Positions 19,236 to 30,205 of a stretch of 64,000 nucleotides of DNA are shown here, in pieces (position 1 is the stretch's first letter; each line of letters begins with the position of its first letter). This stretch comes from Desulfobacterales bacterium (GTDB lineage: Bacteria > Desulfobacterota > Desulfobacteria > Desulfobacterales > UBA5616). The translations under genes were made by a program, and so were the position numbers. The notes beneath the pieces are model-generated. The model was not told where the DNA came from, made no database searches, and was given only the letters and a program-made list of their open reading frames with translations. The DNA lies in NCBI GenBank assembly GCA_046483495.1, contig JAWODC010000026.1, positions 10,838 through 74,837 on the forward strand. Direction: 5' to 3'.

Positions 19236-20311
19236 GCGGAGACCTCACTTGAGGCGATCGTGTATGCCTCTTTTCTTCTCTCCTGCATCAGCCATTCGTT
19301 CAGCCTGTGAATGCCTTGTGAAATATCGACTTTCGGCGACCATCCCGTCGATGTGCTGAATTGTGCAATATCGGAAACATAGTACTTCTGATCGCCTTTG
19401 CGCCAATCCGAAAAAAGCAGGCGGGGATTGCATCTGCAGGTATCCGAGATAAGCCGGATCATTTCCAGAATGCTGATCCGGTTGCCGGGTCCGCCGCCGA
19501 TATTGAACGCCCGGCCTGCTATGGCTGCCATTTTGTCCTGGGCCAGCAGCAGTGCATCCACCAGATCTTCCACAAACAGGACATCGCGCACCTGAAAGCC
19601 GCTTCCATAGACCGTAATCGGCTGATGTTCAAGAGCCCGAATCATAAAATGGGCGACCCAACCCTGGTCCTCCGTACCGAATTGATGGGGGCCGTAGATG
19701 CAGCTCATCCGATAAACCACCGCCGGAAGGCCGAAAGTCCTGGCGTAATCGAGGACATACTGGTCGGCCGCACCCTTCGAGCACCCATATGGGCTCACGA
19801 ATTCCAGAGGCCGGTTTTCATCGATGCCCCGGGTTGCGAGGTCCTGTTGGATCGGCTCATAATGTCCGCCGTTTTTGTGCAGTGGTATATCTTCGAGGTT
19901 TCCATATACCTTGTTCGTGGAGGTAAACACCAACCCGGGAGGATGCTTCATTTTTCGAATCTGTTCCAACAGCATAAACGTTCCCTTCAAATTCACGTCG
20001 AAATCTTCGGCCGGAGAGGTCAGGCTGGTCGTCACCGCCACCTGGGCCGCAAAATGGTAAATCCGGCCGGCTGATGTCACCGCCGTTTCGAGAGCAGGCC
20101 CGTCGGTGATATCCGCGATATGGATTTGCAGGGCTTCACCATGGCGTCGGCGCAGCCATTCGAGATTGTGTTGCACACCCTCTCTGGCCAGGTTGTCCAA
20201 AATGAGCACCCGTTTGCCCTCGGAAAGAAGACGATGGGCGAGGTTGGTGCCGATAAACCCGGCGCCACCGGTAATCAGCACGGGCTTGTCGGCTGCATTG
20301 CAATGGGTCAT
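19232..20311 (-). CDS. NAD-dependent epimerase/dehydratase (CDP-paratose 2-epimerase-like)
   Basis: TGGAGFIG, AAQVAVTTS, STNKVYG, YGCSK, EDQGWVAHF. Confidence 0.9.
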   Translation of the reverse strand: MTHCNAADKPVLITGGAGFIGTNLAHRLLSEGKRVLILDNLAREGVQHNLEWLRRRHGEALQIHIADITDGPALETAVTSAGRIYHFAAQVAVTTSLTSPAEDFDVNLKGTFMLLEQIRKMKHPPGLVFTSTNKVYGNLEDIPLHKNGGHYEPIQQDLATRGIDENRPLEFVSPYGCSKGAADQYVLDYARTFGLPAVVYRMSCIYGPHQFGTEDQGWVAHFMIRALEHQPITVYGSGFQVRDVLFVEDLVDALLLAQDKMAAIAGRAFNIGGGPGNRISILEMIRLISDTCRCNPRLLFSDWRKGDQKYYVSDIAQFSTSTGWSPKVDISQGIHRLNEWLMQERRKEAYTIASSEVSA

Positions 20312-20340
20312 GCCTCTTTTCCCTTCCTCGAAATGATGCT

Positions 20341-21465
20341 TTACAAGGTCAAACCGTAGGATGCCAGTTCACTCGCGGCGGTCTCTACGCGGTCTTCTGC
20401 AATTCTCCCCTTCAACCAATCGGAATAGTCACGAAGGCCTTTACCGAACATCACCCCGGGCTGATATCCCAGCATTTTTTCGGCCCGGCCGATGTCTGCG
20501 AAGCAATGCCGAATATCACCCGTTCTGTATTTTCGGGTGATCATGGGACGGATCGCTTCCCTTCCAAGTATTTCGGCCATATCTTCGGCTATGCTTAGGA
20601 TCGTCCGCGCCGACCCGCTTCCGATATTGAATACCCCTTCTGTGGATGCCGGTGCTTCCAGGGCGAGTCGGCAGGCTGCGGCGACATCATAGACGCTGAC
20701 AAAATCGCGCATCTGAGCGCCGTCTTCAAAAATGAGCGGCGGTTTGCCGTTTAAATACCGTGCAGCAAAAATCGCCATCACCCCTGTATACGGATTTGAA
20801 AGCGCCTGCCGGGGTCCGTATACATTGAAAAACCGCAGAGCAATCGTCGGAATGCCGTATGAACGGCCGATCATGAGCGACATGCACTCCTGGTCGTACT
20901 TGGAAAGTGCGTATACCGATGCAAGGGAGGGTGATTTCGTTTCGGGTGTAGGCAAGGGTTCGAGCCGGTTGCCATCAGTGTCCCTGGGCTCCCAGATGCC
21001 GTTTCTGAGGTGGTCCGGCTTTCGTTCACAATCATTCACCAAGGCATGATTTCCGTTTTGCGTCCGATACAATCCTTCGCCGTAGATGCTCATACTGGAG
21101 GCGACTACAAATTTTTTCACCGGATTTTTCATAAGTTGCTTCAAGAGAACGGCAGTTCCGAGATTGTTGCAGCTCGTGTAATGGTCCGGTTGGTACATGC
21201 TTTGACCGACGCCCACGGCCGCGGCAAGATGAAAAACCGCATCGACACCCTTCAATGCTTGCTCGAGCAGCTCGGCATCCCGAATATCGCCGTAGATGAA
21301 TTCGGCTTCCGGGTTCAAATAATCAGGAGCGGTCTGCCGTTTTCCGTGCACCTGTTCGGAAAGGCAATCAATCACTCGTACGGCATAGCCGTGGGAAATG
21401 AGTTCATCGCAAAGATGGGATCCTATGAACCCGCCTCCCCCCGTGATCAAAACGGTTTCCCTCAT
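20341..21465 (-). CDS. NAD-dependent epimerase/dehydratase
   Basis: TGGGGFIG, ASSMSIYGEG, YALSK, QALSNPYTGV; SD GGAGG before ATG 21465. Confidence 0.9.
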   Translation of the reverse strand: MRETVLITGGGGFIGSHLCDELISHGYAVRVIDCLSEQVHGKRQTAPDYLNPEAEFIYGDIRDAELLEQALKGVDAVFHLAAAVGVGQSMYQPDHYTSCNNLGTAVLLKQLMKNPVKKFVVASSMSIYGEGLYRTQNGNHALVNDCERKPDHLRNGIWEPRDTDGNRLEPLPTPETKSPSLASVYALSKYDQECMSLMIGRSYGIPTIALRFFNVYGPRQALSNPYTGVMAIFAARYLNGKPPLIFEDGAQMRDFVSVYDVAAACRLALEAPASTEGVFNIGSGSARTILSIAEDMAEILGREAIRPMITRKYRTGDIRHCFADIGRAEKMLGYQPGVMFGKGLRDYSDWLKGRIAEDRVETAASELASYGLTL

Positions 21466-21845
21466 GACACAATACCTCCGTAACACGTATCCATATGAAC
21501 CCGTCATGCAAGCTAAATTCGTATTTCGGACCGATCTTTTACCTTTTCGGTAACATGGGGGGGTGGCGACCTAAATACCCGAAACGGTGTATTGTTCGGC
21601 CGATTTTTGGGTAGATCAAATTAAAAGTAAAATAAAAAACTTAAAGGCAAAATTGACGGGAATATCGAGCGAAATAAGGGATGGTTTGGAATGAAATACA
21701 GGGTTATCCTATTTGCCGGTGGAAAATTAATATTTAATATGAAACGGGTGGATGCAACAACCGTGTGCCTCTTCAAAGGGGAGTTGAACCAAGCCGCACG
21801 GCCCGAAATCAACCCGGCCCCGTGCACGAAAATGGTGACAAGGAC

Positions 21846-22970
21846 ATGATGAATATTTCTCTTTTTTATCACTCGCTGGTTTCCGACTGGAATAACGGGA
21901 ATGCTCATTTTCTGCGGGGAATTGTAACGGAATTGGTGTCCCTGGGGCACCGGGTGACCGTTTACGAGCCGGCCGACGGATGGAGTTTTCAAAACCTGAA
22001 ACAGGAGGTTCGGACGGATCCGATCCCGGAATTCTGCCGCAACTACCCGCTGTTACGGAAAGCTATCTATCGGTACCCGGTTGACTTTGACCCGGCGCCG
22101 GTCCTGGAATCATCGGACCTCGTCATTGTTCATGAATGGAATACGCCGGACCTGGTCCGCCGAATCGCCCGGCATCGAAAAAGCGCCACGAGTTATAAAC
22201 TGCTGTTTCACGACACGCATCATCGCGCATTTTCTCAGGCCCGAAGTTTGGAGGCATTTTTGTTGGATTACTTTGACGGTGTTTTGGCCTATGGAGAATC
22301 CATTCGGCAAATTTATCTGGATAAAGGGTGGAACCGACGGGTTTGGACCTGGCATGAAGCCGCCGATACACGGGTATTTCGACCGCTGCCGGACCGCGAA
22401 AAAAACGGGGATGTTGTCTGGATCGGCAATTGGGGCGATGAGGAGCGGACCGCCGAGTATGAAGAATTTTTGCTCCACCCCGTCCGAAGCCTGAACCTGA
22501 AAGCCTGTGCTTATGGTGTGCGGTATCCCGACAAGGGTCGTGAACTGCTGGAAAAAGCCGGTGTGGCCTATCATGGATGGTTGGCCAACTACAGGGTTCC
22601 TGAGATTTATGCGCGGTTTTCGGCCACCTTGCACATCCCTCGGGGCCCTTACACGCGCCATTTGCGGGGAATCCCCACGATTCGTCCTTTCGAGGCACTT
22701 GCCTGCGGCATTCCGCTGATTTCAACGCCATGGGATGATGCCGAGGGGCTTTTTACGCCGGAAAGGGACTACATGACGGCGAGGACCGGCCGGGAGATGA
22801 AGGATATTCTGTTCATGCTCCTCGAAGACGAGGATTTTCAACGGAGCCTGGGTGAATCCGGCCGACGCACCATTATGGAACGGCATACCTGTTTCCACCG
22901 CGTGCGGGAGCTGATGTCGATCTGCGGGAAAATCGGCATCGACCCGGAAAAACGGGTTTCCTTCAACTGA
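21846..22970 (+). CDS. CgeB-like glycosyltransferase (divergent third copy)
   Basis: HSLVSDWNNGNAHFLRG, HDTHHR, IPTIRPFEALACG. Confidence 0.85.
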   Translation: MMNISLFYHSLVSDWNNGNAHFLRGIVTELVSLGHRVTVYEPADGWSFQNLKQEVRTDPIPEFCRNYPLLRKAIYRYPVDFDPAPVLESSDLVIVHEWNTPDLVRRIARHRKSATSYKLLFHDTHHRAFSQARSLEAFLLDYFDGVLAYGESIRQIYLDKGWNRRVWTWHEAADTRVFRPLPDREKNGDVVWIGNWGDEERTAEYEEFLLHPVRSLNLKACAYGVRYPDKGRELLEKAGVAYHGWLANYRVPEIYARFSATLHIPRGPYTRHLRGIPTIRPFEALACGIPLISTPWDDAEGLFTPERDYMTARTGREMKDILFMLLEDEDFQRSLGESGRRTIMERHTCFHRVRELMSICGKIGIDPEKRVSFN

Positions 22971-23046
22971 GCATTCAATGTTTTCGGTGATTCGAGGCTC
23001 CTGCACAGGGGCCCATCGGATCTGCCATGAACCCCGAATGATGCAT

Positions 23047-23409
23047 TTACTGATTTATTCGCCATGGCAGCCTGCCGCTTAGTTCGATTTCCAGTGTAAA
23101 GCTTAGAAACGTCCGTATGCCTACGATAATCGCCAGGATTCCCATGCTTTTGTATGAAAATTCGACGGCAATGGTATGAACGATATCCGCCGCGACAAGC
23201 AACTCCAGGCCGAGAAGAATGCCGCGTCCGAGGGATTGACGGGCGTTGTTTACGAGAACTTCGAATTCGACTTTCCTGAGCAATTGGATAACGCCGTTTA
23301 TGAGGGAATAAAACGCAATCAGAGTAATCACGCTGACACCGATGACTTCCAGAGTTGCCGCACTCATTTCCGCTATCGATGTGGTGAGCTGAATCACGAT
23401 TGTCCCCAC
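23047..23409 (-). CDS. DUF1622 family membrane protein
   Basis: LGRGILLGLELLVAADI, IRTFLS...LEIE.GRLPW. Confidence 0.85.
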   Translation of the reverse strand: MGTIVIQLTTSIAEMSAATLEVIGVSVITLIAFYSLINGVIQLLRKVEFEVLVNNARQSLGRGILLGLELLVAADIVHTIAVEFSYKSMGILAIIVGIRTFLSFTLEIELSGRLPWRINQ

Positions 23410-23512
23410 ACGAAACCTAACCGCCCGCCGTCCCTGGACCTGCCATACCGTTTAGAAATACATCCGATTGGGGTGGTCGACCGGGTTTTTTTTAAATTCG
23501 AGATATATTTTA

Positions 23513-24055
23513 TCAGAAGTATACGCGCAAGCCCATTTTCAAGCCCGCATCCCACTGTTCGAGATCACCGTCGTTGACATAAATGTCATCCGTAGCCCAG
23601 CTTAAAAACAGGTTGGTGTCGATAGCGACATAATTGCGCAGAAACCATTTTACGCCTACCCTGGGTTCGATGAGAATAGTCACCTCATCGTCGCCCGTAT
23701 CGATATCCGCAAACAGAATTCCCAGATCGGATCCAACATACGGGTAAAGATGGGATTGATAGGGGAGGTGGTGCTCCAGAAAGGCGCCGAGAGCAATGCG
23801 GTTGACGTCGCCGTCGGATTCCCGGGACCAGCTCGCAAAGGCGCCGATCTCCTGAAAGTCATTGAAATAAAACATGCCGTAAGAGGCGCTTATGTCGACA
23901 TCCACTCCTCCTTCAGGACCGTCAAAGTCGATCATGCCTGAAAGCCCGATCTCCTGGGTTCCCTTCTCGATTAGAGCGTCGGTCTGTGCCGTGGCCGCAT
24001 CGGAGAGCGCCAATACAAACATTCCGATCAGTGCAAAGTAAGCGATTTTCTTCAT
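23513..24055 (-). CDS. Small outer-membrane beta-barrel protein
   Basis: Signal peptide, amphipathic strands, LYPYVG, C-terminal GLRVYF. Confidence 0.75.
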   Translation of the reverse strand: MKKIAYFALIGMFVLALSDAATAQTDALIEKGTQEIGLSGMIDFDGPEGGVDVDISASYGMFYFNDFQEIGAFASWSRESDGDVNRIALGAFLEHHLPYQSHLYPYVGSDLGILFADIDTGDDEVTILIEPRVGVKWFLRNYVAIDTNLFLSWATDDIYVNDGDLEQWDAGLKMGLRVYF

Positions 24056-24508
24056 GTTATTCTCCTTTCTTGATTTCTGTTGAATGCGGGCGGTTCAACT
24101 GGGATCCACTCAAATTTCACCGCCATGGGGATGATCGGCGGAGTTTCCGGGCCATATTTCACCTAAAACCGCTTGCCAACCAAAACGCATTAAGTTTAGT
24201 TTTAATCCAACCATCCAAAAGAAAATTAAAAAATACCTGTGAATCCGTATTGAATCATTTAAAAGACAGTATAAATGCCTGATAAGGAGAAGTGTCGTGC
24301 AGAATACCGGATTGTTTCCGGGAGGAATCGATGGCATTCATTCGAAAAGAATGCGCGTTTTAAGCCGGCATTTACATGAATATCGAAATCGAAATACCAT
24401 GTAATGTCCATTTTCGGCGGCCGCTCAAAATGGGACTTAACCAACTGTCTTCTCCGGTATGAATGCAAACGTTCGTCAAGAGGCGTACAGGGCGAAAGGG
24501 GATCATCA

Positions 24509-25813
24509 ATGGCGCACTATTCGACAGGGCAAGGCTATCACCGGTTCGTTCACCGCTTGAACCGGTTTCCGCAAGGCGCGCCGCCATCCAAAAGCCTGTT
24601 CAACATTCTTCGCATACTCATCGATGAAGAGGAAGCCGGCTTGCTTTCAATGCTGCCGCTATTGCCGTTTCGCGCCGAAAAAGCTGCATCGGTGTGGAAA
24701 ATGAAAACATCCCGTGCGCAAAACTTGTTGGACGGTTTTTCCGGCCGGGCGCTTCTTTTGGACATGGTAAACGAAAAAAGGGAGCGATATTATGTTCTAC
24801 CTCCACCCATGGCCGGGTTCTTCGAATTTTCCATGATGCGGTTTCGTGAGGATATCGATCAGAAGCTTCTCGCGAAATATTTTTACCAATACATCAACGA
24901 AGAGGTGGATTTTATCCGGGCTTTATTCCCTGCCGACCAGGTCGGTTTCGGAAGGGTGTTCGTACATGAACCCGCTCTAGAAGACCGGCAGCGGGTGGAA
25001 ATACTTGACTATGAAAAGGCCGGCCATATTATTGAGACGGCCCGATGCATCGGGGTCGGTCTGTGCTATTGCCGCCACAAAATGGCACACGTGGGTAAGG
25101 ATTGTGATACGCCGAAGGACATGTGCCTGACGCTCGGGTTTGTCGCCGAATCCCTGATCCGGCACGAATTTGCCAGGAAAATTGGCGCGTCTGAAGCCAT
25201 GGACATTCTTCAGGCGGCGTATGCACTGAATCTGGTTCAATGCGGCGAAAACGTGCGCCAAGGTGTCAGTTTTATATGCAACTGCTGCAAGTGCTGCTGT
25301 GAGGGGCTCATCGCCGCCCGAACATTGGGCCATTCCCATCCGATCTGGACGACCAATTTCTTTCCTCAACCCGGCGTCGGCGAATGTTCAGGATGCGGCA
25401 CGTGCATGAATGTCTGTCCGGTTGATGCCGTATCGGTGCATGCCGCCGAAGGCCGGTCCGAAGTATTTTCGGTTGAAATAGATTTGGAAATTTGCCTGGG
25501 CTGCGGCATTTGCGTCCGAAATTGCCCGACAGGGGCCATACGGCTCACAGAAAGAAGTGAGCGCATCATAACGCCTGTCGATTCCATCCAAAGAACCATA
25601 CTGATGGCCATAGAACAGGGGCTTCTCCAGAATCTGGTCTTCGACAATCCGTCCTTGATGCATCACCGTGCAATGGCGGCCCTATTCGGGGCCGTATTGC
25701 GGCTTACGCCGGTAAAGCAGGCCCTTGCCGCTCGGCAGTTGCAGTCCCGTTGGCTCGATGCCGTAATTAACATCGGCGCACACCGGTCGGGTTGGATACC
25801 CCTGTTTCGGTGA
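24509..25813 (+). CDS. Cys-rich 4Fe-4S dicluster protein (wHTH-like N-terminus)
   Basis: CYCRH, ICNCCKCCC, two CxxCxxCxxxCP motifs. Confidence 0.85.
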   Translation: MAHYSTGQGYHRFVHRLNRFPQGAPPSKSLFNILRILIDEEEAGLLSMLPLLPFRAEKAASVWKMKTSRAQNLLDGFSGRALLLDMVNEKRERYYVLPPPMAGFFEFSMMRFREDIDQKLLAKYFYQYINEEVDFIRALFPADQVGFGRVFVHEPALEDRQRVEILDYEKAGHIIETARCIGVGLCYCRHKMAHVGKDCDTPKDMCLTLGFVAESLIRHEFARKIGASEAMDILQAAYALNLVQCGENVRQGVSFICNCCKCCCEGLIAARTLGHSHPIWTTNFFPQPGVGECSGCGTCMNVCPVDAVSVHAAEGRSEVFSVEIDLEICLGCGICVRNCPTGAIRLTERSERIITPVDSIQRTILMAIEQGLLQNLVFDNPSLMHHRAMAALFGAVLRLTPVKQALAARQLQSRWLDAVINIGAHRSGWIPLFR

Positions 25814-25936
25814 AGGCCGATTGCTCTCGAGACATATTCTTGTCGCTTTAAAGCAGGGATTGCGTTTTTTTCGAAGGATTTAAAAAAGGCGGGAACGCCG
25901 CATCCGGCTCCGAAAATGGGGTTTTCACTTTGGCGA

Positions 25937-26845
25937 TTAGTCTTCGGTCCGGACGGCGTGGTCTTCCGGTTGTATTCGTTTGCCGTAATTTCGGGCATAT
26001 ACCTGCGTAAATTCCGCCCCCAAAAAACAAATCAATGCCGAATAGTATATCCATATGAGCAGCACCACAAAGGACCCGGCGGCGCCGTATGCACTGCCGA
26101 TGGCCCGTCTGCCCAAATACATCCCGATCAGGGATTTGCCGATCGAAAAGAATCCGGCCGTAATCATTGCGCCGACCAGAACATCCCGCCATCTGATTTT
26201 GACATCAGGCAAATACTTGTAAACCATCGCGAACAGAAGGGTTGCCATAACAAATGAGATCGCAAACGAGGAGAACTGCCAAATCCACGAAAGGGCTTCA
26301 AATTGTTGCGACGCTATCTGCTCGATGCCGCTGACCAGGGCACTGAAAACCATTGAAACCAACAGGAGAAAACCGACGGACAGCACAATTCCGAACGATC
26401 GCAGCCGGTCTCGTATAAATCCTTTTATCATACCGGCATCCGGGGCCGGCTGGACTTTCCATATGGTGTTCAGCGCCGATTGGAGGTTTACGAAGACGGC
26501 GGTGGAGCCCAGAAGCAGCGCTGCGATGCCGACGATGATGGCTCTGACGCTTCCCCCGATTTCATCGAGGTTATTGAGAACCTGGCGGGCGACAATTTCA
26601 CCCTGATTGCCTGTCATCATTCCAATTTGCTGTATGACCTGATGCTTGGCTTCTTCCTGGTTGAAAATCAGACTGGCAAGGCCGACGGAAACGAGCAGTA
26701 TGGGCGCCAATGAAAAAACCGTGTAAAACGCGAGGGAAGACGCCAATCGGAATGCATCGTCATTCCACCACTGGCGAAATGCGACGGTCGTCATCTCCCA
26801 TGCCGCTTTCACGTGAGCTTTGATTTTGGAAACCGGTTCCGGCAT
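25937..26845 (-). CDS. YihY/BrkB family inner membrane protein
   Basis: LAFYTVFSLAP, YKYLPD, YGAAGS..VLLIWIYYSA. Confidence 0.9.
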   Translation of the reverse strand: MPEPVSKIKAHVKAAWEMTTVAFRQWWNDDAFRLASSLAFYTVFSLAPILLVSVGLASLIFNQEEAKHQVIQQIGMMTGNQGEIVARQVLNNLDEIGGSVRAIIVGIAALLLGSTAVFVNLQSALNTIWKVQPAPDAGMIKGFIRDRLRSFGIVLSVGFLLLVSMVFSALVSGIEQIASQQFEALSWIWQFSSFAISFVMATLLFAMVYKYLPDVKIRWRDVLVGAMITAGFFSIGKSLIGMYLGRRAIGSAYGAAGSFVVLLIWIYYSALICFLGAEFTQVYARNYGKRIQPEDHAVRTED

Positions 26846-27216
26846 GGCTGCTCCTTTATGTCTAAAGCATTTTTATAAAATTCCAAGGGGTTTGAAAATA
26901 CGGGTCAACCCCTATTTTCTTTCAAAATGGAATGCAAAAGAAAACGGGGCAAATGCGATCTGCAAACGGCATGTCACGAGGCGGAAAAATGCAGGATATA
27001 CCGGTGATTTTCTCGATCATTTACCTGAAAACCCTCCTTTTTTGGATACCTGTTGAATGATATGAAAAAGGTTGTCATCGTGTGCCGGCATTTAGAGAAA
27101 CGATACTCGGGCTGTAAATGAAACGGCTGATTGCCGGAAAATTGCGAATCTGCTCAGGCGGCGAACGTTATTGATTGCCTGTTCAACGAATCGGCCGTTT
27201 ATTTATAGGAGATGAA

Positions 27217-29787
27217 ATGGGCCTAAAGGAATATCAGAAAAAAAGACATTTCAACAGAACCGAGGAGCCGGAAGGAAAAGTGGCATCGAGTCCGTCCGGC
27301 CGCCTCTATGTAATTCAAAAGCATGCCGCGAGCCGGCTGCATTATGATTTTCGGTTGGAATTGAACGGCGTCCTGAAGAGCTGGGCCGTTCCGAAAGGGC
27401 CGAGCCTGAACCCGTCTGAAAAGCATCTTGCCGTTCACGTGGAAGACCACCCCATCGAATACGGTGATTTCGAAGGCGTTATTCCCGAGGATCAGTATGG
27501 CGGCGGAACGGTCATGGTGTGGGACAAGGGGGAATGGGAGCCCTTGGGGGACCCGCAAGAGGGATACGAGCAGGGTAAGCTGAAATTTCGCTTGAAGGGC
27601 AAAAAGCTGAAAGGGGAATGGGTGCTGGCTAGAATGTCTGAAAAGAGCGGTGAAACAGGCAGAAATTGGCTTCTGATGAAAAAGAAGGACGACTATGCCC
27701 GAAAGGATTCCGATTTTGACGCCGTTAGTGCTGTCTCCGGACGATCGATGGACGAAATTGCACGGGATCGGGATCGTGTATGGTCCTCCTCGGAGGCAAC
27801 CGGCCCTTCCGCTTCAACTTCCTCCAACCCGTCGGAAGAACTCCCAACGGATATCGCCTCTCTACCCGGCATACGCCGGCAGGCATTTCCCCGAAAGGCC
27901 GCACCTCAGTTGGCGACGCTTGTCAAGAGTGTTCCGGAGAATGATGACTGGCTCCATGAAGTCAAATACGACGGTTACCGAATTCTTGCATTCAAAACGA
28001 ATTCAGGGGTGCGTCTGCTTACGCGCAATGAAAAGGACTGGACCCATCGGTTCCCTTTACTGGAGAAGGAAATCGCGGCATTGCCGTTTGAAGATTTTCT
28101 TATGGATGGGGAAATCGTTGTCATGAGATCCGATGGAAGGACGGATTTTCAGGCCCTGCAGAATATGCTCAAGGGAATCTCTACCGGCCGGATGGTTTAC
28201 TTTGCATTCGATCTCATTTATTTCATGGGTTACGATCTTTCCCGGACACCGCTGATTCACCGAAAAGAACTCTTGCGCAGCATTGTCGATTCCGTCCCCT
28301 CGAAAGATGTGCTGCGATTCTCAGAACATATTCGAGGGCGTGGAGGCGCCGTTTATCAAGAGGCTTGCCGGCATAAGCTGGAAGGAATCGTTTCCAAGCG
28401 GATCGACAGCCCCTATCGGCAGCAGCGGTCTCGGGATTGGGTCAAATCCAAGTGCCTGAACCGCCAGGAATTCGTTGTCGCCGGGTTCACCCGGCCATCC
28501 GGTTCACGCACAGGGTTCGGCGCCCTGCTGCTCGCCGTCTACTCGGATTCCGGGGAACTGATGTATGCCGGACGGGTGGGAACCGGTTTCAATGAAAAGA
28601 CGCTGCAGGAGCTTTCCGAAAGGCTCAAGGCCTTGGAACAGCGCACTGCTCCGGTTAGCAACCCCCCTGCCGGTTCGGAAGCGAAAGGGGTGCATTGGGT
28701 CAAGCCCGGTCTGGTGGCCGAGGTGGAATTCACTGAATGGACAAACGAGGGTATTCTGCGCCATCCGTCCTTTAAAGGAATTCGGGAGGACAAGGATGCC
28801 AAAGAGGTCGTTCGGGAAGCCCCCTCGGCCGGTCCGAATGCCAGGACCGATGCGCCGGTTTCCGGCGACCGGCGGAATACGTCCTCGAGAGGTGCATCGG
28901 TTCAGATTGCCGGTGTACGGATCAGCAGCCCGGGCAAAGTTCTTTACCCGGATCAGGGCATCACCAAGGCCGAACTGGCCGGGTATTACGAATGGGTTGC
29001 CGACCGGATGCTGCCGTACATCGCCGGACGGCCGCTTACACTCGTTCGGTGCCCCCAGGGCCGGCAAAAAAAATGCTTTTATCAGAAGCATCTGTCCGAA
29101 CAGCTGCCTGATCCCGTCAAGGGAATTCCCATAAGGGAGAAACAAAAGAAGCGGATGTACATGACCATCTCCGATCGGTCCGGGCTAATGGCCCTGGTGC
29201 AGCTTGGCGTACTGGAAATACATCCTTGGGGAAGCCGGGAAGATCGGGTGGAGCGTCCGGATATCATGACGTTCGATTTAGACCCCGGACCCGGCATCGG
29301 ACCGGATGACCTGGCCGAGGGATGCCGAATGCTCAAGGCGCAGCTGGAAAATATCGGACTGACGAGTTTTTTGAAAACGAGCGGAGGCAAAGGATTCCAT
29401 GTTGTCGTACCGCTGGTCCGCCGCAGTGAATGGGATGAAATAAAGTCGTTTTCCGGAGCCGTCGCCAAACATCTTGCACGCAATCATCCTGACACATTTA
29501 CAGCCGTTATGAGCAAGGCCAAAAGGCATAATAAACTGTTTGTCGATTATCTGCGAAACGCCCGCGGTGCGACGAGCGTGGCACCCTTTTCGACCCGGGC
29601 CCGTCCCGGTGCACCGGTTTCCACCCCCATCGGATGGGACGAACTCGGCAACACCGCACCGGATGCCTATACCGTTAAAAACCTGCCCGCCCGCTTAAAA
29701 AGCGAAAAAAAGGACCCGTGGTCGGATTTTTTCAGCATCAGGCAATCCGTTACCGTACCTATGAAAAAAAAGTTCGGGTTGCGTTAG
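27217..29787 (+). CDS. ligD: NHEJ DNA ligase D (phosphoesterase-ligase-polymerase)
   Basis: QKHAASRLHYDFRLE (PE), EVKYDGYR (ligase), RCPQG..FYQKH, FDLDPG, KTSGGKGFH, DYLRN (Pol). Confidence 0.95.
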   Translation: MGLKEYQKKRHFNRTEEPEGKVASSPSGRLYVIQKHAASRLHYDFRLELNGVLKSWAVPKGPSLNPSEKHLAVHVEDHPIEYGDFEGVIPEDQYGGGTVMVWDKGEWEPLGDPQEGYEQGKLKFRLKGKKLKGEWVLARMSEKSGETGRNWLLMKKKDDYARKDSDFDAVSAVSGRSMDEIARDRDRVWSSSEATGPSASTSSNPSEELPTDIASLPGIRRQAFPRKAAPQLATLVKSVPENDDWLHEVKYDGYRILAFKTNSGVRLLTRNEKDWTHRFPLLEKEIAALPFEDFLMDGEIVVMRSDGRTDFQALQNMLKGISTGRMVYFAFDLIYFMGYDLSRTPLIHRKELLRSIVDSVPSKDVLRFSEHIRGRGGAVYQEACRHKLEGIVSKRIDSPYRQQRSRDWVKSKCLNRQEFVVAGFTRPSGSRTGFGALLLAVYSDSGELMYAGRVGTGFNEKTLQELSERLKALEQRTAPVSNPPAGSEAKGVHWVKPGLVAEVEFTEWTNEGILRHPSFKGIREDKDAKEVVREAPSAGPNARTDAPVSGDRRNTSSRGASVQIAGVRISSPGKVLYPDQGITKAELAGYYEWVADRMLPYIAGRPLTLVRCPQGRQKKCFYQKHLSEQLPDPVKGIPIREKQKKRMYMTISDRSGLMALVQLGVLEIHPWGSREDRVERPDIMTFDLDPGPGIGPDDLAEGCRMLKAQLENIGLTSFLKTSGGKGFHVVVPLVRRSEWDEIKSFSGAVAKHLARNHPDTFTAVMSKAKRHNKLFVDYLRNARGATSVAPFSTRARPGAPVSTPIGWDELGNTAPDAYTVKNLPARLKSEKKDPWSDFFSIRQSVTVPMKKKFGLR

Positions 29788-30205
29788 ACCGCTGCCACAT
29801 ACAGCCGTTTTGAAATCCGAAGCCGACCCCGCCCCGATCACATTCCTGATCGAAGTTGCCGCTGCTGAAAAGAGTAAAACCGGTTCTAAGGGTTTCCTAC
29901 CATACACTTTACGTATTCCAAAGTATTTTCAATGTTCATCTTGATACGTAATGTTTGCCTAAGCACGGGGCTCTGGCTCATTGGCGGTGAACTCGGGAGG
30001 CGTTCCCAGTGAGCAGGTCATTGAAAGGCATGTGAAGGAAAAGGGTAGGGAGTAACGTCAGGAAATTGAAGGCACTCACCCGATAGAGCGTTTTCGAAAA
30101 TAAGCCGTATGTCAACATGAAAAGAACGTGTGCCGCTCTTCCGACGAATGCAATGGCGCATAAGGGCGGCACCGAATTGCGGAATTTAGACCTGAGGAGG
30201 AAATC

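Noticed and set aside
21686..21710. SigB-like GTTT-N13-GGGTTA and several AAATA..GGGT stretches upstream of stress genes
   Set aside because: Spacing and -35 element inconsistent between sites; too weak without TSS data
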